Assembly (NCBI RefSeq): GCF_000181795.1
Contig: NW_003526943.1
Span: 8,095,792 to 8,159,791, forward strand
Direction of reading: 5' to 3'
DNA: 64,000 nt
Source of the DNA: Trichinella spiralis
Lineage: Eukaryota
In this document: positions 46,645-58,739 of the stretch, one piece after another
Layout: each line of letters begins with the position of its first letter
How positions within the stretch are numbered: the first letter of the stretch is position 1
The notes under the pieces: model-generated
Seen by the model: the letters and a program-made list of their open reading frames with translations, nothing else
The model's database searches: none
What the model was told of the DNA's origin: nothing
Position numbers and translations under genes: made by a program

Positions 46645-46863
46645 TGTTATAGCCCCGCGTCCGTGGCTATTCTGTAAGCTGATGCACAACAAGAACAAAA
46701 ATAATAAACGTTTATTAGCCACTATCAAGCGAATACGTAAACACACACACACACGCACGCACACACGCTACTAAGAGTTCAATCAATCGATCAATAATTT
46801 TCTAACTTCCTACTGTGGATGTTCAGGTTCGGTGTCCATACCATACCATACCATACCATAACA
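46645..46863. mobile_element. Solo LTR (219 bp)
   Basis: TGTTAT...ATAACA perfect inverted termini, perfect 5-bp TSD ATTTC (46640-46644, 46864-46868), internal AATAAA, (CA)n and (CCATA)n repeats. Confidence 0.85.
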
Positions 46864-48490
46864 ATTTCAAAATGTATATTTAACAAATTCAAATTCATTG
46901 AAAATATTATTTAGCAATTTTTTATTCAGCACAGTCAATGATGACGATTTTTCTGTTGTTAAAAGTTATTGTTTATTTGAACAGTTAACTGTCTGGATTA
47001 CATTACATTTTATTAGGCAGCATGCATTGTTCTATTACTCACGACAAATTGTAATCGATGAATGTCAGATCACAATGACGTATACAATATTTTACAAGTT
47101 TTTATGAAAAGCACTATTTATTCAAACGCATCTGGTCACAAAGCACAAAATTGATATAGTGAACCCCCACGTTCCTGAAGTTGCACACTTCTATCACTAC
47201 AGATATTTGCATATATTATATTATGATTTCATGAAAAAAACTTCAGTTGTTTGTCGATGTGCAGTTGTCGTCGCATTTTACAGCAATGTTTTATTTCCTG
47301 CTGCAGATGACAGATGTGTGCAAATAATTTATTCACTTTTTCCCGTACGTTGATTATTGTAGACAGTAACGTATTCTTGCTTGGGCGAAACAAAAAATTT
47401 GAAACATAGCACGGGCACATAGCATTTTTTGAATAATTAATTTTTGCTGCCACATCCGTGGATTTATACCAAATATAAAATACACACCTATGATCTATTG
47501 CATATTGGAAAATTATAAAAAGAACTACAGTTGTGCTTTATTATCAACTCACTTCATTGTTTCAATTCATTTATAAAATTGTTCAGCGCATAGCAATAAT
47601 ATTCAAGCAGTTATACGTAAATTTCATTCTTACATGGCACGTAAATCTCTTTCAATCTGCTGAAACAGTCAACCATTTGCATCAGATAAACCAAAGTTAT
47701 GGCATGATTTGCTTTAAATGCAGCTATAAATAAAACACTGAAAACAACGCCAAAGTCATTGAAGACAACCAGTAATTCATGCATATTAATTTTAATTTAT
47801 TTACAAGAAAAATAATATTATTGAATATGTAATTCCATATAAAAGTGATGCATATAAAGCGTATGCTAACTTCCTAATACAATAACGTAGAAATGCGCTT
47901 ACAGTGCAAAATATCATTGATTATTTTTAGAATGAAGAAAAGCATTATATGGGCATAACTGAAATATATTTGCTGAAACCACAGTTTGTTTGAAATTAAA
48001 ACTAACTTTTTATTACATATTCCAACGAAGGAAACACAGATCAACATTATACAAGGCAAAGCTTTCATTTCATTCATTATTTGAGCAATATAATTATGGC
48101 TGCATTTACGTTAATAAAAAATGATTACTTATGCCAATTCCCATTTCTTGAAAAACAAACATTGCTTTACAACACCAACAATAAGCAATAATTAAAATAC
48201 ACATGATGTAGGCTCATCTGCGAATTCAAACATTTAATATTTGAGCAAAAACCTACTTTACTAATAATCATCAATACATTGGTAGTAAAAACAGTAAACT
48301 GCAAACATAAAAGTATAATACAATAATTCATAAATAAAGCGATAATTGTTGAACCATTGTTTGAAAAATATAAAATATTTGTTTTGAGAGACTTTTATTT
48401 CACATTTACATTTCATCAAGATAATATATAAGCACTGAGTACGTGTGAACATACCATACTTTCCATTAACTACGGAAGAAGTTTGAGACA

Positions 48491-50756
48491 ATGATCCTTT
48501 TCAAGTGCTTATTTCTCCTTGCATATATAACGGTATGGTTTGCTTTTTTTCCAAATTAAAATTAAATAACATAGAAAATAAAAAATTTAATGCAATAAAA
48601 GTTCTCTAAAAATAAAAAATTATCATTCTCAAAAGCACAGAATAAGCAGAGATGTGTAATTCAAAAGTTAAATAATTACTAAATTGTAAAATAATAAAAA
48701 GAAATTGCCACTAAATTCTTTTCTTGTTACAGATATCCCACAATATGAACAGCAATAAATTGACTATCAGAAAAAATAGGATGATAGTCAAAAAAGGCTA
48801 ATCTGAAAAATTCCATATTTTGCTTACATTATAAATAATGTAAATTCTGGCGCAGCTCATTATTAAATTGCTTCGCATTTCATTTCATCATTTATTAGTT
48901 GTATGTTGCCACTTGTCAAACAAAAAAGTTAAATCGTTCAAAATTAACAATTGTTTTGATTTGATTCCACTAATTTTGGTAAATATTTTTAATTTATGTC
49001 GCCATCAAATACTCTATGAAATTAAATAAAAATATTTCAAATTGTTGGAACACAATTAAAAGAATGGCAAAGAAATAAATTAACACAATTTTCATTTTTA
49101 GCAAGCTTTCGCCAATTATGAATGTGGCACCCTACCATCCACTTTTCCAAAAAGCGTTAAAGGAAACAGAATTTCAGGAGGCTCTGTTGCAACACCAAAT
49201 TCTATACCATACCAAGCAAGATTATTCTTGGAAAAAGATGGCAATAAAGTAAAACTATGCGGAGGCACTCTTGTTGAACTGAAACCTGGAAATGGGAGTC
49301 AGTGGGTACTGACCGCAGCACATTGCACCTACTATGCAGAGTAAGACAATATAATATTGTCTACTTTGTTAAAACTGCAATTTTGATAACACATTCATCT
49401 ATATTGATAAATTTTATATTAGATATGGGATAAATTTTGCCCCAGATAAAGTAGAGGTGATTCTTGGTGCCCACAGACCCAATGAAAAAGAAAGCACTCA
49501 ACATACAGTAGGCGCAAAGCGCATAATTAGCCATCCGCGTTACGATGATGTAGCAACAGTTTATGACCTCTCTCTAGTGCTTCTTAAAGAATATGTAATT
49601 TACAACAATGAAATTCGATCAGCATGCCTGCCTAAAGCGAATGAGCCAGTTCCATTGGATGTGCCATGCTTTGCAAGCGGATGGGGATTAACATATCGTA
49701 CGTTAATGAAATCAACATATTCAAAAAGCAATAATTTAATAAATGCTGTATCAATAGATGGTGGACGTGGTTCGGAGGTTCTGAAAATTGCAGAAATGAA
49801 AATATTACCAAAAGATGAATGTAGAATTAAACCAGAAGAGCATGCAATAGTTTTCTGTGCATTTGGTGTTGACCGCTCTGCAACATGTCAGGTAAGTAAT
49901 GCAAATATTATTCATTGACACACATGAGATCAATTCATTTTCAATGGTGAATAAAATTTTATAGGGTGATTCTGGTGGACCATTAGTGTGTTTGATAAAC
50001 AACAAAGCAACATTGTACGGAATAGTCAGCTTTGGTCCGCCTATGTGCGGAGATGCAAGACACTCCGTAAAATTTGCAAAAGTCCCGGCAATGTTGGAAT
50101 GGGTACAAGATACTGCCCGAAGCATTGATTCTACTGTGCCCGTTGTGTCTCGATTTGAACCCAAACCAAGTGAACAAAAAGTAGATCAGAAAGGCACACC
50201 ACCTAGTCCAAGTAAATTTTATTTTAATTTAGAATTTATTGAATTTTATATTTTTCATTTATTCGATTTGAAATTTCATGGGTAATTTCTATAAAATTTT
50301 TCTTTATTTTTCCTCTTCACAATCTTGCAGCTCTATAGCTTTAATTTCACAATAATAAACGTAACTGTGTTTGTGGGTTTCTGAATTTTTGAATACATTT
50401 CAGGTGTATCCCCTGGCAGAGTAGATGTTGGAAAGAAAGATATTATGAAAGATTTGCCGCAAATTCCCTCCAGAGAAAACGTGAAAGATACTCCTGGCGA
50501 TTACAAAGGATCTGATGTTTTCAATTTTATCTATAGAGATACTTTTCCTTCTGAATCAAGATTCCCTGATTTAGAGCACATGATGTCAAATTTCATGAAT
50601 TCTGGTAGTGGGGGCATGAACGGTGGAAGCTTTTTTAATTCTCCACGTGTTTTCATTGAAACGAAAACCATTAGCCATAGACCTTCTTTATCACGAAGTA
50701 GAAGTGATGTTGGTAGATTTGGTTTCAATGATCCATCATTCACTTTTTTCCGTTAA
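48491..50756 (+). CDS. Secreted S1A serine protease copy 3
   Basis: Same exon structure and triad. The C-terminal tail ([19 protein letters not shown]) and upstream region are more diverged. Confidence 0.93.
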
Positions 50757-51372
50757 TTGATTCTGATGAAATTGTAATGACGCTCATTAGATTACATTAA
50801 TTTGTTGTAAATTATTTTTCATAACTGCTTCATCAGACTGTCATTTGAAAGTTTGTTCAATAGCATACTAAAATACTTTGGTAGTATGCTTATGATTTTC
50901 ACAGCAGCTGCTTGGTTGTTGTGAAACGTCATTTGTAATACTATTTTTGGTTTGCAATTGTAGTAAATGATTGATTCTGAAGTTTTTTATTTTAGTGTTG
51001 AATCACTGCTTCCTGATATACAATTTCAGTTGTGCTTGTTCATTAGTATTTTTTATTATAAAATTATTATTATAAGTTTTACATTTGAATTAAGATTGTT
51101 TTTTGTAATTTACATAATTTGAAATTAATGTGAACAAGATCAACTGCCTTTATATGTCGCTTATTTTAAAAGTGCTTACTTAAAATAATTTTGAACGTTT
51201 TTCCACCTCTAAATTCTCACTCTTCACTGGTGGTTTGCAGTATTTAGATATCATACGTAATCATTGATGAAAACGACAGTAAAATAGAAATATTCTTGCC
51301 TTATTCATATTTATTTAGAAGGGAATATTTTAAGGAAATTTGATTTAGAATTGTATTGAAACATATACATGT

Positions 51373-52026
51373 TTACCTTTGTTGAAGACCATAAGCAGAA
51401 TCGGTAAGCACTGACAAGCAATACTGCAACGCTTGGCCTTCTCGGACAATTTTGAACGTTCCTGGTAATGAGAAATCAACTACAGTAGAACCTGTTCGAC
51501 TTCTTGGGTCAGGAGATGAAATTTTTCCTGCATCCACTATCAACGATAAATGCGGATGAATGGATTTGAATTCAGATACTTCCAAGCAACTTCTCTCATT
51601 AGCAATGTTAGCACTTGTCAACGCTAATGGCTGACCAACTTGCTGACATAATTTCATTACAAAGCTGTGATTGATTACTCTAAAACCAACAACAGAATGG
51701 TTGACCAAAAGGGGTAAGTGGTCAGCCTGTCTGAAAAGTACTGTCACCGGACCAGGTAGAAGGCGATTCAATAACTCTGCCGGAATGTCAACATCTGCAT
51801 ATAAAGCAATGTCACATACATCCGCTAAGCAAAAAGCAATCGGCTTGTTGGGCTGTCGTCGTTTCACTTCGTAGAGCTTTTGCATACTAAATAAGCTTGA
51901 CGTCAAACCATAAACGGTGTCAGTGGGAATTGCAACAATGCCACCTTTCAAAATACACTCTGTCGCTTCTTGCACGCAATTAGTTAATGTAGTAGCAGAG
52001 CAATGAAGAATTCTCAAAGTCGACAT
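51373..52026 (-). CDS. YRDC: YRDC/Sua5 threonylcarbamoyl-AMP synthase (t6A), single exon
   Basis: GGIVAIPTDTVYGL, KLYEVKRR..NKPIA, LLPGPVT, PLALTSAN, GSTVVD, KIVREG. Confidence 0.93.
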   Translation of the reverse strand: MSTLRILHCSATTLTNCVQEATECILKGGIVAIPTDTVYGLTSSLFSMQKLYEVKRRQPNKPIAFCLADVCDIALYADVDIPAELLNRLLPGPVTVLFRQADHLPLLVNHSVVGFRVINHSFVMKLCQQVGQPLALTSANIANERSCLEVSEFKSIHPHLSLIVDAGKISSPDPRSRTGSTVVDFSLPGTFKIVREGQALQYCLSVLTDSAYGLQQR

Positions 52027-54576
52027 GCATATATTTTCTTATATTTAGAAGCATAATCTAATTAAACAAATAATATCATATATAATACATAATACGATAT
52101 GTGAGTATAATAAATATTTTTATTTCAGTTTAAATTATCATACTTTATTTTATTAATTTCAGTTGAAAACCAAAAAATACAACAAATATTGAAAACTATT
52201 TACAGATAATACAGAACATTTTCATATAATTAAAAGAGATGTGATAACAACGTTATTAGTAATAAATAATCTTTAATAAAAAACAAAATGAAAAAAATCT
52301 GCCATGATTCTGAGGTATTCATCCATTAATTCATTTAGTAATTCAGAACATTCGTTTAAAATGTAGTAAAAAACAAACTGACATTCACTACATAACAGTA
52401 AAACATATGAAACTGCAAAGCAAGAAGAGATACAACAATTTATGTATATATTTATGCATTTATTTGTCTATTCCCTGATCTGATGGTTAAAAATTATAAT
52501 GAAAAGTGTATTTTTAAAATCTGATTATTAAAAGAAGTTATACTTAAAAATATTATAGAACTTTGGTGGAGGAAAAGTTCTTATCTTCAACGCTGCATAT
52601 TTTAGTATTACTGAAATGCATCATTTGCAAAATACCATTAATATCATACAAAATACATTTAACATAAAATTTTTCATTTGGTAAAAAACAAATTTACCGT
52701 ATTTTTGATTTTCAAGTTTAAATGAATAAAATGGTAACTGCAAAGCAAAATAAAATTAAAAATTTTAAATCTTAATTACTTTTTACTGGTAAACTAATAT
52801 TTTTTAGATAAACTGACTGTTTCGTTGTATATATTACCGAGAAAATAGTTGGAATATATGCTTATGCCCTGTGGTACTTTAAGGGCGTCTATTTCAAAAG
52901 TAATTGCTGCAGCAGTAGTCGAAGCAGTCTGCTGTAAAATGAGAAAAATGATCTGACATAATGTAAGTGCTAAAATTTTATCCATACTAACAAAATGAAT
53001 ACTTATAAGTCCTGACATTGCTCACGACTGTAGCATTATGTTTTGATCTCACTGTAGCAATTTGTGGTGGCAGTTTGTTGAATAAAATTTGACAAAATAA
53101 AAAAAATTAAAATAAGCCATGCTTTAAATTTGAAAAAAATGTTACCATAATAGTCAGAACTGGAAAAAGAGCCATAAAATGTTAGCATTTGATCACCTTT
53201 TTTGACAGTTCAAACATTTCATTGGCTCGTTCATGGTTAGCATCAAAATGCCCAGAATTACCATTAACCTATACAAAACATGCACCACAAGTAACGTTGG
53301 AAGCGTTATTTCAAGATTAAAGACGATCAATTTTTATATTGAGTGGATTGATTTCGTAGTTGCGTAAAAAACAAATTTTGATAATAAAGTAATCGACTAC
53401 TTTCAGGTTACATTACTTTTATGTTTTAGACTTTGAATTGCACTGAATTAAACAAATGCTGTTCCAAAAAACAGTTCATATTTATTATTGATTTAATTTT
53501 ATTAAAAGATTAATAATTTGTTTTTAGAAGTAAAAATATTACAGATATCATTGTATTATTTGTTCATTATGAAATGTAACATGATGTAATTTTTTTTTTC
53601 GTATTTGTACTGTATTAGAATTTTGAATGTTGATAAAAATTGAAAAACAAATCTCAAACTTAACGGAAAAATGAATTAGAAAGAAATAATAAGATTGCAC
53701 TTGTTATTTCTTTTTTTTCTATTTTCAACACGTTCTGCTGATTGAATCTATTTCTGAAATATTTTTAAAAACATATTCATATACCAATACAGTATGCAGT
53801 GAAGTTCATTTTGAATTTTTATTACTGGAAAAAAATAGCTCAGATGTCAAGGAAAAGCATTTTGAAAAATTGTTTTTTTATTATATACTTCAGCAATGGA
53901 TTTACTTTACATGTTATAAAATATTAGTATAAAAAATAATTATGAATATTTTGATGTGATTTTCAATTTAGAATGTGGTACATTTTTAAAAGTCCGCTGA
54001 TGGATTTTCACAGATAAATAAATATTTTTCAGTCATTTTTAGAAATGATCTTGCCTAACATTTGAAATTAGCAATGTCAAATCAAGATTAACTGTACAAA
54101 CAAAGTGATGATAAAATGATTATTCTTTTAGAGTAGAGCTTTCATTTTCAATAAATTTATTTATCGATGATTTCCTGACATTGTGAAACTTCAAAAATGT
54201 ATTTCTGTACAGTCCAGTTTCTTTCAACAATTAGATGTAACATTAAATAAATAATAAAATTCACATTATTCCACTTGCTAAATAAAAAAACAAAATTCCA
54301 TTTACAAAAAAATATAACAAATATAATGATATGTATAGTAATGTAATACAATGCTTTGGTACTGAAGGATAAACAATTGCAATTTTTGTTACTAATTGTA
54401 ATAAATGAGAAAAACTAATAATACATAATAATTTAACAACAACGTGGTATGCACTTATAGGGAGAATATTTATAAAAATATTATTATTACACGCAGAGAT
54501 GCTTCATGATATTCATAGAGAAAACAGAAATTCAATAGCGCAGTTATGAAGGCTAGATCAACAGAGAACGCGCAAA

Positions 54577-56397
54577 TCAACGTCTGCCTCTTCTCCTTCC
54601 TCGTTTAGGTTTCTCTTCTATTTCTTCATCAAAATCTAAAAAAATAATAATAATTACAATTTAAAATTGTACACATTTTAATAATTGATAATTGTAACAT
54701 GAAGGCACTCACCATCATCATCATCATCAAGATGTAATAGTCTGTTTTTCGGCTTTCGTCCTCTTTTTGAGGGAGTTCTGACTTGAATTGTAAATTCTAA
54801 AATATAGAGCATATTAAGCAATTAATCGCTAATAGAAGATTACGATAAAATCAAACATAATTTATGCACAAAATATTTAATGTTGCATATCATTTATTAA
54901 AAATTATTATTATTATTTTTATAGAGAATAGAATGATTTAAAAGTTAACGTGACGAAAACTAAACTCACTATGATCAATATCAGGAGAAAATGGCTTTGG
55001 TCGGGCGATCATATCTCCAGCAATTGTGCCTGAACTATTCGTGGAGGGCTTAGAGGGTCGACCTGGATGAAATAAAACAAATCATAACAATATGAAAAAT
55101 TGTAATAATAAAATAAAATAAAATATTTCACAGAAAGCTGCATTAAAAATGAACGTGACCATTAAAATTGGCGTACAAAAAGTTTGCATAAATGTGTGTT
55201 TGAAAAATGAAATTACCTCGCCTACGTGGAACAACATCAGCCTGACGGTGCACTATTCTTGCACGGTCGGATTCTATTTCAAATTGTTTAATTAATTCTT
55301 CAGCGTTTTCCAAATTTTCCGCACGTTCCCAAGTTCCTCCAAAAATGTTCGCATCTTTCCAAACGACGCGATATTCCAATTGTCCATCCAACGCCAGTCT
55401 TTTGTCCAATATTCTTTGAACTTGCCTTGGCTGATTGCATTCTTTTGTATTGACGGCAGAAAAATTTTCAGATTCTAAATTATCATATTTCAAAAATTAA
55501 ATAAATCCCAATATACCGTATGAAAAATAAAAAGCAACAAATTAACATTTTGAGGCATACTAATAACAGGTGCACAATTCAATGATAAAAGACAAACGTG
55601 AAATGAAATAGAAGCAGCATCATCGATAAAAATAAAAAAATTTCCGCAAATCATATATTTAGCTAAGCATTTGTAAAGCTGATATTGTTATATACATTCT
55701 AAGAAGAAATATTTATATTTTTTTGTTTTCAAAAAAAACATTTATCAAAAGAAAATTAATCGCATCGTGAGAGATTACGGCAAACGCATTGTAATTTTAA
55801 TTATTAATCAACAGTACTTGAAGATCATTGTAAAACAAACTCAGCAGAGACATGTGAATTAGCTGTTCTGAAAAATAAATAAATTTAATTTAGATAGAAA
55901 CAATTTTACATAAAGTAAACCAATAAGTACGTTGGGAGAAACAGCAGCAAACAATAATGAAAAATAATTCAACAGAAAAAATTAATAATTTAACATATTT
56001 GAATAAGTTTTCTAAATTACACTCAATGTCAATTAAAATCGCAAATTATAATTGTACACATACCGGTTAAATTTGCTTGATGTTCCTCCTGCCTGGAACA
56101 GCAGTTGTTGATTTCTGTAGAATTTTCTTCATCTGTAAAATGAAAACTGATCTGTAAAATATACAGTTAAAAAAGAAAAAACAACTCCTCACTAGAATTT
56201 GATTCGTTCTCAGTAGCATTGAATGCCTCTTCAAATGCTTCAATCATCCCTGAGTATGATTCCAAATTGCTTTGCAACTCCCAAGTGGATTCTGCTTCAG
56301 AATAACCTCTCCATTTAACTCTGTATTCTACATTACCATTCTCAACAGTACGTTTCCCTATTATACTTTCGACTTCCATCTCCATGGAACAGTTCAT
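54577..56397 (-). CDS. Protein with two chromodomains and C-terminal AT-hook-like motifs, ~6 exons
   Basis: Chromo 1 is EVESIIGKR...VEYRVKWRGYSEAESTWE and chromo 2 is VQRILDKR...LEYRVVWKD...TWERAENL. The spliced tail has RRRG|RPSK, KRGRKPK, an acidic run and KPKRGRRRGRR*. The start may extend upstream (acceptor at ~56404). Confidence 0.85.
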
Positions 56398-57267
56398 TCC
56401 TTCCTAAAAATACAAAATATAAGTGAATAATATGCAAAACTTACAGCTAATAATAAATAGTTCATCGAACAGAATAAATAAACATTAAATATATTAGTCC
56501 AATCCTTGACAGTTGATATTCTACAAAATTATGAAATAAATTAATAACTTATAAATGATCATCTTTGACAATACATTATGTGCTCTCACACTGTTATAAT
56601 ATTTTGTCAAAAAGAAATAACTTGAATAATAATTATGAATCATGATATAATTAATCACTTCACTTCTAAAGTGAACCGACTTCTAATGAAACAGGTAACT
56701 TATTAAAAGTTTTAAATGATATAAAAAACAGAAAATGAGAAGCTAGAACTGGAAAACAGTGAGTTCCATATTATGAAATACAGTGCTCTTACACATGCAT
56801 ATAAACTTAGTAGTTAAAATAAAAAATAGTATTGTGAAAATGAAATGCGGGCCAAATGAGATATTTGCCAGAAAGACAGTCCATGCACATAATTTAGTGT
56901 ATAAACTAACGATAAAGCCCATGGCACGAACAACAAAGCGCGAGCAAACAGAAATGACTGTCAAGCTTCACTGAAATGTTTTTCTGACCAAAGGACAACC
57001 AAGTGACCTGCGAAATGCAATGAGAACAAAAACAATTACACCTCAGTATTTGTACCAGATTCACCAGGAGCTCAAAAGAGAAGCTCAACACACGACTCAT
57101 TAATGTTAAAAAAAGGAAAATAAGAAATAATTTAAAATACATAATTTTCAATATCTATATTAATAGAAAATTAATTATAAGTGATTCAATATAAAAAACT
57201 TACAAACAAAAGTTATATAAGATAATCAAGTTCCAAGAAATTATTTCGAACAGGTCACATATCTGGT

Positions 57268-57299
57268 ATTTCATTATTGTTCATGAACAATAATGAAAT
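57268..57299. repeat. Perfect 32-bp palindrome
   Basis: ATTTCATTATTGTTCA|TGAACAATAATGAAAT is its own reverse complement. Confidence 0.9.
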
Positions 57300-58739
57300 T
57301 GTTTAAAGCTATATATTAATAATAATGATGCAGGAAAACTAAATATTAATGTATTAGTGCGTAATTGAAATAATCTACAAAAAACAAAGGAATTTTATGT
57401 AATCATACAGGTGAGTAATATAATAATTTTGCCCATATCGAAACAATAAAAAACCGTGACCTTGACCTAATAAGGATTGAGTTAGCAGTACTGTTCTTGT
57501 TATTGTACAAAGTTCATAATAACGAAATTTTCTATAGGACATGTATTATATAAATTTTTTGCAAGAAATGCTTTAATGAAATATGGCATTAATACATGTT
57601 AATACATAAAAATTCTAAAAACAGTTATTAATTTTAATGAAATATTAATTTTATATCAGTTATAGATATTAACAAATTAATATAACATGAACGACACAAT
57701 TGAAGTACAAATCGATCCATTAAAATTTCCATTAGAATGACTTGCTTTATGAAACTTTATTTAAAAAATTTTAAGCATTCATAATTTACGTTTAACATAA
57801 TAAATTTAGAAATATAAATGAACTCTAAACTTAGAACTTAATTTAGCATTATTAAATGGTAAATAAAATATTTTTTTCAAGAAGTTTTTTGCCAAAAATC
57901 TATTTGCAAAAGATCAAATTATTTTTTTTATTTTAAAATTATAATATTATATTTTTGACCAAATGAACAAATTTTCAATTTTCATTAACAATTTAACCAA
58001 ACGTATGGCATATTAAATGCTTTATTTAAAGTTAACGAAAAATGAATAAAAATACAGTATGCTTAAAAAAAAATTACGTTTGTTGTACTGTATACTTGAA
58101 TGCCTGGTTTCTGTTTGAAATTTCACATTTCAGTTCCTCATGTTTTCGTTATTTTTGAAAAGAAAAAGTTAAATAATTATTTGTGCTGTTTTGTGGTTTG
58201 GTGTTTTAATTTCTAATTTGTTAAAAATTATTTTTCATGATGATTTTCATGATTTTTCATGAAAATAATTGGTTGAATCCTTGCATTGTTCTTTACATTG
58301 TTTTCACGTCATCAATTTAATATCATTTATTCAACGTAGTGGAAATGTTTTCAGTTAAATTTTTTGCAAAGCGTAGGACTAGTGTTTTATGCGTTGCATT
58401 AAATGTTAATTTGTGTTTTCGTTTTGTCTTGCAGTTTATTATTGTGTCCATGCGCTTCACCGTTCAAAGTTTTTTATTAAATCCGATGATTTTAAGTGAC
58501 ACGTAGAGTCCGAACTGTAGAACCGCATTTTAAGAGCCCGATGATTTTTTTCTTTTATAGCGTTTTCAGTTGTCATTAATTATGTATGTTGTTTTCCTAT
58601 ATTGTTCACTTTGAAAGTTCTTCGATTACTTTTTCTTGTTTCATCTTGTTATCTCATCTGGTTCAGTTTTCAATTATTCAATTATAATTCAATTAGAATT
58701 TTTAATATTTATGCAGTTTATTTTGCATTTTCAGAAGTG

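Larger units (their letters stand above)
34320..50756 (+). repeat. Tandem segmental triplication: units ~34320-37990, ~42060-45830, ~45960-50756
   Basis: Upstream, intron and downstream sequences align between units, e.g. ATCAAATTGAAAAGAAGTCATTCATGACTTT near 34445, 42184 and 45961. Confidence 0.9.

Noticed and set aside
52794..53290. Possible small spliced minus-strand gene between YRDC and the chromodomain gene
   Set aside because: Splice-like signals exist, but I could not build a consistent frame or recognise a product.
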